DNA of 64,000 bases from an uncultured bacterium (lineage in GTDB: Bacteria; Patescibacteriota; JAHJAL01). A program made the position numbers and the translations under genes. Position 1 is the stretch's first letter; each line of letters opens with the position of its first letter. Positions 17,402-26,505 of the stretch are shown here, piece by piece. The DNA is taken from contig CALKWM010000009.1 of the NCBI GenBank assembly GCA_938004065.1, positions 3,330 to 67,329 of the forward strand, read 5' to 3'. The notes under the pieces were generated by a model that was given only the letters and a program-made list of their open reading frames with translations, had not been told where the DNA came from and searched no databases.

Positions 17402-18298
17402 ATGACCGTAAATTTTATGGAGGAAACGATTTTATCCAGTCTGCAGATTGTTGACATGAAGGTCGGTCCCGACGATATGACTATGGAATTATGGCGAAAA
17501 AGCGAAAATCTGCTGGATTTAAGACAAATCACGTATTTGAGGTTTGATAAAAAAAACAAAATGCGTTTTTATGTCTTGGATTCCAAGAAAATTTTTTTTG
17601 TTTCAGGGGGCACGTTTAATTTTGAATTTATGAGAGAAAATCAAAATCAAACCAAAACCGTTTGCCAAGGCATTGTGCCTAAAGAATTTCAACCGGTTTT
17701 TGTACCCGAAATCGAAAATATGATAGTAAAAGTAACCTCTTGTCATGCTCCGGCCAAGATTTATATATTCGACGAAATTTGTTTATCAAATTACTACGAG
17801 TCGGCCGGATTACTAAATCTGATCGATGAAAAAACAGAAATCGACGGGGTATATTTGCAGAAATTTGAGGGGCAATCGAGCGGACCGTTCGAATTTGAAT
17901 TGCCAATACACCGCCAAAAGAATGGGTCTATTGTTCGTTCGACATTCACCCGGATTAATCCGGGTGAAATTTGTGGTTTTTTTGGTTCAGATCGCACGGA
18001 TCAATTTACCCAACTTTTTTTTGAAAAAGGTAAGTCCGTCGTGGTTTTGTTTGACAATCGAGAGCACTCTTCGACTTTTGGAAAAAAAATAATGCTTTCG
18101 GTTAATGGAACAAAAAACCCGAAGGTGATAACAATCCCATCCGGTGTGTTGTATGCCTATAAAAACATCGGGGAGTACCCAAATAGTATGCTAACAATTT
18201 CATCTCATGAAGATCGTGATGAGCTGAGAATCAAATATAATTCCCGCCGGATTGGTTTTGACTGGCATGAGTTGAAATTCAAGAAATGGTTTGTGTGA
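17402..18298 (+). CDS. Tandem RmlC-like cupin protein, catalytic His residues apparently lost
   Basis: C-half 'IDGV...VVLFDNREHSSTFGK...ITIPSGVLYAYKN' follows the dTDP-sugar epimerase pattern; N-half is a more diverged copy. Confidence 0.6.
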   Translation: MTVNFMEETILSSLQIVDMKVGPDDMTMELWRKSENLLDLRQITYLRFDKKNKMRFYVLDSKKIFFVSGGTFNFEFMRENQNQTKTVCQGIVPKEFQPVFVPEIENMIVKVTSCHAPAKIYIFDEICLSNYYESAGLLNLIDEKTEIDGVYLQKFEGQSSGPFEFELPIHRQKNGSIVRSTFTRINPGEICGFFGSDRTDQFTQLFFEKGKSVVVLFDNREHSSTFGKKIMLSVNGTKNPKVITIPSGVLYAYKNIGEYPNSMLTISSHEDRDELRIKYNSRRIGFDWHELKFKKWFV

Positions 18299-18452
18299 GA
18301 TAACAAACCAAAAAAAATGGCAGAGAAGTATTCGACAATACTTCTTTTTTTTAATAAAAATTTAATATCTAGATAAAAAAATATTAATACCGACTTTTTA
18401 TAATAGACATCGCATATTAAAAATTTATAAAAAGAAAGGTGTTGAGGAAAAA

Positions 18453-21400
18453 TTGTTCAAATTTAGGTTGCTACCTATGGTCATGGTAGTTTTTTTATTG
18501 ATTTCTACCGGTAACAAATCGGTTGCCGAAGAAGTCAAACTGGATGTTCCTTATCGCAACCAGATCACCAGTTATCCGAATTGGTGGAATAACTGGGCCA
18601 GTTGCGGTTATACCTGCATGATGATGAGCTTGTTGTACGCTGATGCAGTGCCGGAAAGTATGAGCGAATACGCATTGATTGAACAGATGAATAAACACTG
18701 CTCAACAACTTCCGCTGACGGGTCGATGTTTTACAACTGGACAAAAACCGATGATTTTTGCCAACAAGTTTTACCGGATTACAACTTGGATGTCAAATAT
18801 ATCGAGTCGGATTATGAAAACCAAATCAAAGATGAATTAAAAAAAGGCAATCCGGTGATAGTTGGCACGATGATATTTGGTGGATATGGACATGTAATTT
18901 TGATAGTTGGATATCGAGATGACAAATGGCTGGTACACGATCCGTTAAATCGCTGGGGCAAAGAGGTGGAACCGCCGAGCTGGTGGACCGAGGAGGCGGC
19001 ATACTGCGAATACCCGATTGAAAGTTTTTGCTGTTTGTATGGAGTGGTTATCACCAATGATTTTGCACGTAAATATGCAGCAAAAATCGTAGATCAGAGT
19101 CCGTCCGCTATCATTTATGATGAGGAAATGGCAATGCTCTGGGTGCGATATAAAAATACCGGGCGGGAGGATTGGGAGAAAGAAAATATCCACATCGGCA
19201 CAGTCAATCCCAATGATTGTGAATGTATTTTGAAAATTCAAAACCATCCGGAGAGTTATCGCTGGGTGGGAACAAATCGGGTCCAAATGGAACAAGCTGA
19301 AGTTGGCAGTGGTAATGAAGCGTTGTTTGGAATATCGGTATCGACAAATGGATTCAATGTTCCGATAGAAATATGCTTTCGAATGGTTTATGACGATGAA
19401 AATGAGGGGCAGTGGTTTGGACCGGTGGTAAGATGGGTGGTTGACTGCCGGCAAAGTGATATAGAGGAAAATGAAACGACTGATATTTCGTCATTGGCAG
19501 AGGGTGATGAGATCTATTATCATCGTGGTTCGGTGCACAATCATACTACCTGGTCGGATGGCTGCATCAATGTTGAGGGATTGTGCCGACAGGCACAAAA
19601 TGCCGGTTTGGAATACGTGGTAATTTCCGATCACAGTGATTATTTTGATAGTGAGCAAAAATTCCGCTGGTACGTCGATGACATCAATCAGAGCATGCAA
19701 AAAACCGGTCTTTGCGCGGTGGCCGGAATCGAGTATTCAATGCAAAATTACGCCGGACAGGTTTTGGAGGATACGCACGATGGTCGAATTCACATCCTGG
19801 GATTTGGTTACAACAAGGAAAAAGAAACGATAGTGCCACCATTTTTCCCTTGGAGCGAATGGGGGCCAAAGACAACAATCAAGCAACTGGTTGACTGGCA
19901 TTATCAGCATGGATTGCCGATAATAGTTTGTCATCCGGTGATTAGAGGCAATGATGGTTATAGTAGTGCTGAATTGATTAGAAATTGTCAATTTTGCGAT
20001 CCAACTCACGTAAGTACGGTTGAGATATTTGATATCGGCATGGACACCACAACCTGGGGATCAATTGCCGGTAAACTAATGTGGCCATTGATGGAAGATT
20101 TGGAAGGTATGAAGTTGTACAAGGATTACCTGTTTCCGGCCGGATGCGGAGTATCGGCTTGCAGTGATTATCATGGAGTGCCTAGCGATATGCAAAAACC
20201 GGAGGTTTTGGGCAATGAATTCTATCTGACGATTGACGATAATGGCAATGGTTGGATCGATCCGGGATGGGGAGAAAAATTCAAAATCAAAGTGGATCAA
20301 CAGTATATGCGTCTACTGCAATCAATGGACAGAGCCAAAACGACTTATGCCAGTGATTTTAACAGTGTAACAGTAAACGAAGTGGTGGCCGGTTTTGTCA
20401 ATAAACGCACTATCGCTTCTCGATATCATGAAAATTTAAATTTTCTAAAAATTAATGGTGCAGATTGGGCGCCGGGAATTTGGGCCAACAATGTAAAATG
20501 CGAAAATGATGTAAAAATTGAATTTCAAGTCCAGTTCCATGGAGAAACCGGAGTGTTGGATAAATTGAAAGAGGTGGGAATTGTTAGAAATGGAAAAACT
20601 GTTGCTGATCAAGCAGTAAAGTTGGACGATCAAGACCGACTAAATTTTTGTTATATCGATACGGATCTACCAAACGGAATTCACAAGTATTTTGTGGTAA
20701 TTTCCGGATTGGAGGCCAACGATCGGGCACAGGAAAGAATTATCACCAGTCCGATTTATGTCGAAGTAACTGATAAAAATTACAATGCGGAAGAGCCGGA
20801 GATATTGGAAGATGGAACTATGAGCATCCCGATATTTCGGGGTTTGATTCATTTGGGTGATTCAAACTATACCACGCCTTTAAATGTTGGTTTTGCCAAA
20901 AAATACGATGAGGGCAAGGTTGGCAGCTGGTATTTTGATCTGGATTTGGCAGAACTAGCCAATTACGATCAGGCGGTTTTAACCATGACGGTCAGGGGAG
21001 CGGAAAAACTGGATACGAGTTATTATGGTAACCCGATTGATATCAATGGAGTTCAAATTGCGGAATGTCTGGTTAAGGATGGGAATCTGGAAAACAATGG
21101 GAAATATCATTGTTATGTTGTCCCACGGGATTTGTTGTTGAATGGAAAAAATATCCTAATGATCCGATCGATGTCACATTTGATGGGTGGCCAAAGAATT
21201 GATTTTGACGACTTCGAGCTATCAGATATTAAAATACTTTTTACCGGCAATGTTGGAACCAATTTTACCGATGGAGCGATTCTGTCGGCCAAGATCAATG
21301 ATGAGCCGGCAAAATATGAATTGGCGGATAAAAAAGGATTCAGTGAGCAAGAGAAAGAAAAATCACAGGAAATGTATCAGGAATTTGTCCAAAAGGGTGG

Positions 21401-22079
21401 AAAAATTTATCCAAAGGATGATCCGGCTTATAATCAATTGGCACAGATCATGTCACCGATTGCCAGAAAGATGAATTTGTTTGAGCGATATGACGGTGAA
21501 GATTTTAAAGTAGCGATATTTGCCTCTCCGACTCTGGATCCGATTGTTTTGCCGGATGGGACTTTGTTGGTACCGGATGGACTGCTGAAATTGTACCATG
21601 AGGAATTACCCGAGTCATTTTTGTTTCCGATTTTGTCGCAAATGATTCAAGCCGATAAAGGAATTACTTATGAACAAACCAATCGAACTGATTGGTCGAT
21701 GGTTTTGGGTACAATTGGCCTGGTGGCGTCTCAATATACCGGTAGCGGAGGGGAGATTGTTCAAGCTATTGGTAGTGGACTGCTATTGGTGGCGGTGATC
21801 AATCTCAAGGTGGAGAGGGAGGATTATTTTATTTCCGACGCTTATGCCTTGGAAATGCTAAATCGATTGGACTTGGACTGTGATGATGCATTTAGTTTTG
21901 TGGACGCGATTAACACGATGCAGGTTAAAAACCCAAAAAAAATTGAACGATTTTATCTGTACGCACCCGAAGCAACCGAGCGTATGAAGGCATTGAGGTA
22001 TTATTTTTTACTGAAAGAGTGTTATTCTCTTCCCGTAAAACCGGAGGAAATTGATTGGGGAGAAGCGCTGGAAAAATAA
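18453..22079 (+). CDS. Secreted multidomain protein: C39-like peptidase, Ig, PHP metallohydrolase, beta-sandwich, degenerate M48-like domain
   Basis: Signal peptide; LDVPYRNQ..CG..GHV..HDP (C39-like); HNHTTWSDG, SDH, GIE, CHP, SDYH (PHP); C-terminal M48-like layout without HEXXH. Confidence 0.75.
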   Translation: MFKFRLLPMVMVVFLLISTGNKSVAEEVKLDVPYRNQITSYPNWWNNWASCGYTCMMMSLLYADAVPESMSEYALIEQMNKHCSTTSADGSMFYNWTKTDDFCQQVLPDYNLDVKYIESDYENQIKDELKKGNPVIVGTMIFGGYGHVILIVGYRDDKWLVHDPLNRWGKEVEPPSWWTEEAAYCEYPIESFCCLYGVVITNDFARKYAAKIVDQSPSAIIYDEEMAMLWVRYKNTGREDWEKENIHIGTVNPNDCECILKIQNHPESYRWVGTNRVQMEQAEVGSGNEALFGISVSTNGFNVPIEICFRMVYDDENEGQWFGPVVRWVVDCRQSDIEENETTDISSLAEGDEIYYHRGSVHNHTTWSDGCINVEGLCRQAQNAGLEYVVISDHSDYFDSEQKFRWYVDDINQSMQKTGLCAVAGIEYSMQNYAGQVLEDTHDGRIHILGFGYNKEKETIVPPFFPWSEWGPKTTIKQLVDWHYQHGLPIIVCHPVIRGNDGYSSAELIRNCQFCDPTHVSTVEIFDIGMDTTTWGSIAGKLMWPLMEDLEGMKLYKDYLFPAGCGVSACSDYHGVPSDMQKPEVLGNEFYLTIDDNGNGWIDPGWGEKFKIKVDQQYMRLLQSMDRAKTTYASDFNSVTVNEVVAGFVNKRTIASRYHENLNFLKINGADWAPGIWANNVKCENDVKIEFQVQFHGETGVLDKLKEVGIVRNGKTVADQAVKLDDQDRLNFCYIDTDLPNGIHKYFVVISGLEANDRAQERIITSPIYVEVTDKNYNAEEPEILEDGTMSIPIFRGLIHLGDSNYTTPLNVGFAKKYDEGKVGSWYFDLDLAELANYDQAVLTMTVRGAEKLDTSYYGNPIDINGVQIAECLVKDGNLENNGKYHCYVVPRDLLLNGKNILMIRSMSHLMGGQRIDFDDFELSDIKILFTGNVGTNFTDGAILSAKINDEPAKYELADKKGFSEQEKEKSQEMYQEFVQKGGKIYPKDDPAYNQLAQIMSPIARKMNLFERYDGEDFKVAIFASPTLDPIVLPDGTLLVPDGLLKLYHEELPESFLFPILSQMIQADKGITYEQTNRTDWSMVLGTIGLVASQYTGSGGEIVQAIGSGLLLVAVINLKVEREDYFISDAYALEMLNRLDLDCDDAFSFVDAINTMQVKNPKKIERFYLYAPEATERMKALRYYFLLKECYSLPVKPEEIDWGEALEK

Positions 22080-22106
22080 AAGAAGAAAATAAAATATTTT
22101 AAGAAA

Positions 22107-22169
22107 TGTTATCGCTGAAATTGAAGTGATCCGCTGATTCAGTGGAGAGCGCTCAATTATCAGGGGTCT
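22107..22169. repeat. Degenerate TGTCATC..GATC family palindrome (opposite orientation)
   Basis: TGTTATCGCTGA ... TCAGGGGTCT with inner stems AATTGA/TCAATT and CCGCTGA/TCAGTGG. Confidence 0.5.
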
Positions 22170-22263
22170 AATTTGCAATATCAAAATTATCGTTTTAAAA
22201 ATTTTCTAACCGGAATATTCTAATATGTTCCGGTTTTGTAAACTATAGCAAATGATGTTATGA

Positions 22264-22356
22264 AAATGGTTAAATGGCTAAATTGTTGTATGTTTACAAT
22301 TTTAAATTGGAGATTGGAAATTAATTACATATTGGATATTGATTATTGGATATTGA
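22264..22356. repeat. Degenerate 8-mer and 7-mer tandem repeats
   Basis: AAATGGTT-AAATGGCT-AAATTGTT; ATATTGG-ATATTGA-TTATTGG-ATATTGA (22329-22356). Confidence 0.7.
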
Positions 22357-22439
22357 TACTTCCATATTGATCACCCGATTGAAATCCTCCATCTGATTGG
22401 GTTATAATTTATTATGTTACTATTTAAATATTTTTAACC

Positions 22440-23012
22440 ATGATTGAAATATTTTGGGAAGGAAATTCAGCTATCAGAATTGAATCAAAAGATTTAAAAT
22501 TGGGTATCAATCCCAAGAAATCGGATGATTTAAACTTGATCTTGTCGACCGGCAAAAAAAGTTATAAAATCGGGGAAAATCAGTTTTTAATCGATACGCC
22601 GGGTGAGTACGAGGCAAAATCCGCGGTGGTATATGCGATGGTGGATGAGGAAGGACACAAAACCAAGGCAATGCAGATAATTTTTAACGAAATTTCCATG
22701 TTTTACTGCGACAATCTGGATTTTATGCCGGTTGACGATCAGTTGGATGATATGGGTACTATTGATATCGCTTTTATCCCGATGTCGGTGGACAAAGAAA
22801 AAGAAAAGCATATCCAGAAACTTGCCGAAGCGATTGAACCACGAGTGATTATCCCATTGGCGGCAGACGACGACACTTCTGCCGAGGCCTGTTCAATGCT
22901 GGCCAAAACTTTGGGATTGAAATGCGAGCCGGCGATTAAAAGTTACAAGATAAAAAATCGGAGTATTTTACCTGACGAAGAGCAGTTGTTTGTGAGTTTG
23001 GAGAAAAAATAA
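22440..23012 (+). CDS. MBL-fold protein (Lactamase_B_3-like), metal-binding His motif absent
   Basis: 'IFWEGNSAIRI', 'IDTPGEYE', 'IDIAFIP', 'IEPRVIIP'. Confidence 0.75.
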   Translation: MIEIFWEGNSAIRIESKDLKLGINPKKSDDLNLILSTGKKSYKIGENQFLIDTPGEYEAKSAVVYAMVDEEGHKTKAMQIIFNEISMFYCDNLDFMPVDDQLDDMGTIDIAFIPMSVDKEKEKHIQKLAEAIEPRVIIPLAADDDTSAEACSMLAKTLGLKCEPAIKSYKIKNRSILPDEEQLFVSLEKK

Positions 23013-23239
23013 TATTTTTAAATTGTCATAGAAGAACCTGAAAGCCCTTTACGGCACTTCAAGTGATTCAGGATTTCAAAATTATTATATTGTAATATTG
23101 TGAATTTTGTTTTTTTATCTCCAAAAATTAGGTGCGAAGCAACCATATTTTTGGAGAAAGAGGAGGAGCCATTCGACTCAAGTGAAGCGGAAGGCGGTCA
23201 TACCGGCTTACGCGTAGCGGGGAGAATGCGCGACGATGT

Positions 23240-23323
23240 GGGCGAGTGGCGGAACTGGTAGACGCAAGGGACTTAAAATCCCTCGGTAGCAATACTGTGC
23301 GAGTTCGATTCTCGCCTCGCCCA
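23240..23323 (+). tRNA. tRNA-Leu (anticodon TAA), CCA not encoded
   Basis: Acceptor stem GGGCGAG/CTCGCCC, D-arm GGCGGAACTGGTAGACGC, anticodon loop CTTAAAA, long variable arm, GTTCGATT T-loop. Confidence 0.96.
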
Positions 23324-23337
23324 TTTGGAAAGAAATA

Positions 23338-23368
23338 TGCGCCCAAGGCGCACCCGCCTATTGGCGGG
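23338..23368. repeat. Tandem hairpins including a CCCGCC..GGCGGG unit
   Basis: TGCGCC-CAA-GGCGCA, then CCCGCC-TATT-GGCGGG. Confidence 0.65.
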
Positions 23369-23398
23369 AGAAGTAAGAATTAAGAAGTAAGTAATAAG

Positions 23399-23422
23399 AA
23401 AAACCCGTTTGATTCGGGTTTT
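23399..23422 (+). terminator. Probable terminator after tRNA-Leu
   Basis: AAAACCCG-TTTGATT-CGGGTTTT. Confidence 0.6.
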
Positions 23423-23429
23423 GCTGTTT

Positions 23430-23528
23430 GTAGGGGCGGGTTTGTAACCCGCCCGTTTTTTTACTTGAAATTTACATTTTGTGTAGGGGCAATTCATGCC
23501 TGCCAGCCATGGCGGGTATTGATCTTAC
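23430..23528. repeat. Two GTAG REPs, the second interrupted by a nested hairpin
   Basis: GTAGGGGCGGGTTTGTAACCCGCCC (23430-23454); GTAGGGGCAATTCATG[CCTGCCAGCCATGGCGGG]TATTGATCTTAC (23483-23528). Confidence 0.8.
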
Positions 23529-23750
23529 GGAATTTTATTTGAGAGAGACTGATGAGTCGCTCTTACACTATGATGTTTTTTCTTAAAAAAATCTGATTTG
23601 ATAAGTTGGTTGTGATTCATAAAAAAGATTTTATGTTATTTCTTATGACTTATTATAAGACGAATTATTTGATTATAAGTACTAATAATAAATTTCCATT
23701 TGGTACTAGGTGTTATATAATGAGTATGTAAGATCAATAATATCAAAAAT

Positions 23751-23969
23751 ATGACATATCGATTTACAACAATTATCAAACTAGAAGACAAATGGTATGT
23801 GGCCAGATGTTTGGAATTGGGGGTAGTTAGCCAAGGAAAAACAGTTGAAGATGCTCAAAAAAATCTAAAAGAAGCAGTAGAATTGTTTTTGGAGGATGAA
23901 CCGAATCCGAAGAAATATTTGACAAAATCATATCCGATTGTCACTACTATGGAATTAAATAATGTCTAA
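23751..23969 (+). CDS. hicB: HicB family antitoxin (short form, no DNA-binding domain)
   Basis: 'YVARCLEL.VVSQGKTVEDAQKNLKEAVELFLE'. Confidence 0.9.
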   Translation: MTYRFTTIIKLEDKWYVARCLELGVVSQGKTVEDAQKNLKEAVELFLEDEPNPKKYLTKSYPIVTTMELNNV

Positions 23970-24186
23970 TACATGTTCGGGAAAATGGCTGTGAAAATAT
24001 TGTGCCGATATTTCGGTTTTTATGTAGTTTCTTAAAAAAGGTAGCAATGTAAAACTAAGAGTAAAGAAGGGAAATAAAAGCATTACTACAATAGTTCCAC
24101 AACACCGGGAATTAGCTAAAGGCACTCTTGATGGGGTATTAGAGTTAGCTGCTGTAGATTTCATAGAATTTCGTAAATATATTTAG
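23962..24186 (+). pseudogene. hicA: HicA mRNA interferase pseudogene
   Basis: Conceptual translation across two frameshifts: MSNTCSGK/AVKILCRYFGFYVVS*K/GSNVKL...TIVPQHRELAKGTLDGVLELA. It has an in-frame TAA and N at the catalytic GSH His. Confidence 0.85.
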
Positions 24187-24315
24187 AATTATTATGATTT
24201 AATAAAATTACAAGTTAATTGACTTGTTTTTTGTAATCCCCTATTGCTATCTAGTACATTTCACGGTACACTTTAGACCGTCTAGTTATTATTTTTTAAA
24301 TAAAAGAAAATTATT

Positions 24316-25059
24316 ATGGGAAGATTTAATGATAGAAGATCAGGCGGTGGCAATCGTAGTTTTGGTGGTGGAGGCAATCGTCGATTTGGTGGAGGCGGTC
24401 GCGACAGAGACGAAAGACCACGTATGTTTGGCGCGATTTGCTCAGATTGTGGAAAAGAGTGTGAAGTTCCATTCAAACCAACCGACTCCAAACCGGTTTA
24501 TTGCAGTGAGTGCTTTGAATCAGGCAATAACCGTGAAAACAGACGAAATGATCGCGGTGACAGACGTGGTGGTGATAGAGGTGGATTTGGCGGAAGACGG
24601 GATCGAGGCGATAGACAACAGTATGACGCGATATGCGACGGATGCGGGCAAAATTGCCAGGTACCATTTAAACCAACCAGTGGAAAGCCGGTCTATTGTG
24701 ATGATTGCTTTTCCAAAGACCGCAAGGACAACCGCTTGAATCAAAAGAAATCCGGTAGTAATAACGGAGATCTAAAGCGAGAAATTGATATGATAAATAT
24801 CAAATTGGATACGATTATGGCGTTGTTAACCGGAAAAGAAGCAGGAAACAAGAATCAAGAAGCAAGAAGTTTTAACAAGAAAAATACTGTGAAGGAGAAA
24901 ATAGTAGAAATAGTCGAAAAAATGCCCGTTGATAAAAAAAATAAGAAAATAACGAAAGCCAAGAAATCAGTTAAAAATGACAAAGCTACAAAATCCAAGA
25001 CCAGCAAGAAAGTGGGGAAAGTGAAAAAAGTTGCTAAAAAGGCGAAAGCAAAGAAGTAA
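24316..25059 (+). CDS. CxxC-x17-CxxC domain protein (two copies) with RGG-rich N-terminus and Lys-rich tail
   Basis: CSDCGKECEVPFKP...VYCSECF and CDGCGQNCQVPFKP...VYCDDCF. Confidence 0.9.
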   Translation: MGRFNDRRSGGGNRSFGGGGNRRFGGGGRDRDERPRMFGAICSDCGKECEVPFKPTDSKPVYCSECFESGNNRENRRNDRGDRRGGDRGGFGGRRDRGDRQQYDAICDGCGQNCQVPFKPTSGKPVYCDDCFSKDRKDNRLNQKKSGSNNGDLKREIDMINIKLDTIMALLTGKEAGNKNQEARSFNKKNTVKEKIVEIVEKMPVDKKNKKITKAKKSVKNDKATKSKTSKKVGKVKKVAKKAKAKK

Positions 25060-25123
25060 TTATTGTAAGTTTATTGTTTGGAAAGTTTGATATGTTTGAT
25101 TAAAGTTTGAACAAGTTTGTCTC

Positions 25124-25375
25124 ATGTGGTTTGTTTATATCTTAAAATGTGTTGATAATACGCTTTATACCGGTATTACCAATGATTTGGAGAAGAGATT
25201 ACAAGCGCACAATGATGGTACCGGGGCCAAATATACGCGTGGGAGACGGCCGGTGGAGGTGGTTTTCAAGCAGGAATTTTATTCCAAATCGGACGCGATA
25301 AAAGAGGAGATGCGGATCAAGAAGTTGAACAGGTGTGAAAAATTGATTTTGCTCAAAGAAAACAGGCACATGTAA
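25124..25375 (+). CDS. GIY-YIG nuclease family protein (UPF0213/YazA-like)
   Basis: 'FVYILKC.DNTLYTGITNDLEKRL..HN.G.GAKYTRGRRPV'. Confidence 0.92.
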   Translation: MWFVYILKCVDNTLYTGITNDLEKRLQAHNDGTGAKYTRGRRPVEVVFKQEFYSKSDAIKEEMRIKKLNRCEKLILLKENRHM

Positions 25376-25390
25376 TAGGTGCCTGTTTTT
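25359..25390. terminator. Bidirectional terminator-like hairpin
   Basis: AAAACAGGCAC / GTGCCTGTTTTT between convergent genes. Confidence 0.6.
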
Positions 25391-25402
25391 AAAATTTGCA
25401 TT

Positions 25403-26107
25403 TTAATGAATAAATTTGCTGCACATTTGGAAAATACAATTTGCAGCAATTTGAATAAGCAGACTCTCAGTGTTTCTGCCTTCCCATTTTCTAATTAAGC
25501 CCAATTTTATAAACAACTTTTGTTGCCATTTATTTTTTTGGGCCGGTTGTTGGATTTGATACCATATTAAAAAAGGACAAATCCAAAATAGAATTTTTTG
25601 GAAATTTTGGAATTTCCCTGTGTTTCTAACATGATTATCTACTCTATCAGCTGACAAACATGTAATCTTAACTCTATTGGTAATTCCAAATAGCGCCAGC
25701 AGATTCCACCATAACCCCAGCCAAAATCCGATTGCTTTGGCTTTGGGGTTGTGGAGTTGATCGGAGAAAAAAGTGAATTCCACAGAATTGCGTTTTGCTT
25801 TTTGCAAAGCAAAATAAAAATTCTGGGGAGTATTAACACCATCCTCGATCAGTTTGATAGAAAACCGTCGGTCCGGTATAGTTTTTTTAACTTCAGAGCA
25901 AAAAAATTCTTCCACACTTTTGGCTTCCGAGATTTCCTGTTCCGGTTTTGTCTTTCCACCATTTAAATAAATTGAATCTAATGATTTATTCATAATTTTT
26001 ATCTTAGATATGCAATTTTTTAAATAGTTCTTGTAATTTTCATCCATGGAGTGCAATACTCCATATAAATTGATTACGATTACTTTTTTTTGCAACCGTT
26101 CCACCAC
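25403..26107 (-). CDS. YdcF/DUF218 (ElyC/SanA-like) protein
   Basis: 'IYLNGG...ISEA', 'LIEDGVNTPQN', 'SDQLH.PKA' match the DUF218 motif layout. Confidence 0.6.
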   Translation of the reverse strand: MVERLQKKVIVINLYGVLHSMDENYKNYLKNCISKIKIMNKSLDSIYLNGGKTKPEQEISEAKSVEEFFCSEVKKTIPDRRFSIKLIEDGVNTPQNFYFALQKAKRNSVEFTFFSDQLHNPKAKAIGFWLGLWWNLLALFGITNRVKITCLSADRVDNHVRNTGKFQNFQKILFWICPFLIWYQIQQPAQKNKWQQKLFIKLGLIRKWEGRNTESLLIQIAANCIFQMCSKFIH

Positions 26108-26505
26108 CTTCCAATTTTTTCAACCACGGTAGTTTTTAAGTCACCGAGGTAGTAAAAAGAAATCATCCCAATGGTGCCACATGCTATCACCGGTGTCAAA
26201 ACCATTAAAACAAAGATAAATGCGAAATCTTCCCAAGTGTAATTATCTTTGCTCTCGCCAAACATCCAGTTGTGGCTTTTGTCTTTGTGATAAGTTTCGC
26301 CACAGACGCATGTGACCCAATATCGGTGGTACAGATCATCGATATATGTCGATAAATCCTCCACCTTTACGGAAGTATATTCACCCGAACTACACTTCGG
26401 ACATTTGATTTTCGGAGAAATGGAATTAGAAAAATCAAATAGAGCAGTTGCTTTGCTATATGCTTCTAATTCTTTTTCTTTTTGTAACTGATTGTGGTGA
26501 TACAT
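26080..26505 (-). CDS. Hypothetical Zn-ribbon protein with C-terminal TM helix
   Basis: CPKC ... CVCG, then a hydrophobic helix; AGGAG SD. Confidence 0.65.
   Translation of the reverse strand: MYHHNQLQKEKELEAYSKATALFDFSNSISPKIKCPKCSSGEYTSVKVEDLSTYIDDLYHRYWVTCVCGETYHKDKSHNWMFGESKDNYTWEDFAFIFVLMVLTPVIACGTIGMISFYYLGDLKTTVVEKIGRWWNGCKKK

Noticed and set aside
22107-22169. Riboswitch or SRP-like RNA
   Set aside because: No recognisable aptamer consensus, it lies just 3' of a gene, and its ends match the TGTCATC..GATC repeat family.
24224-24739. 171-aa ORF overlapping the CxxC-x17-CxxC gene
   Set aside because: Alternate-frame reading of GGT/CGT-rich codons; the other frame has clear domain motifs.
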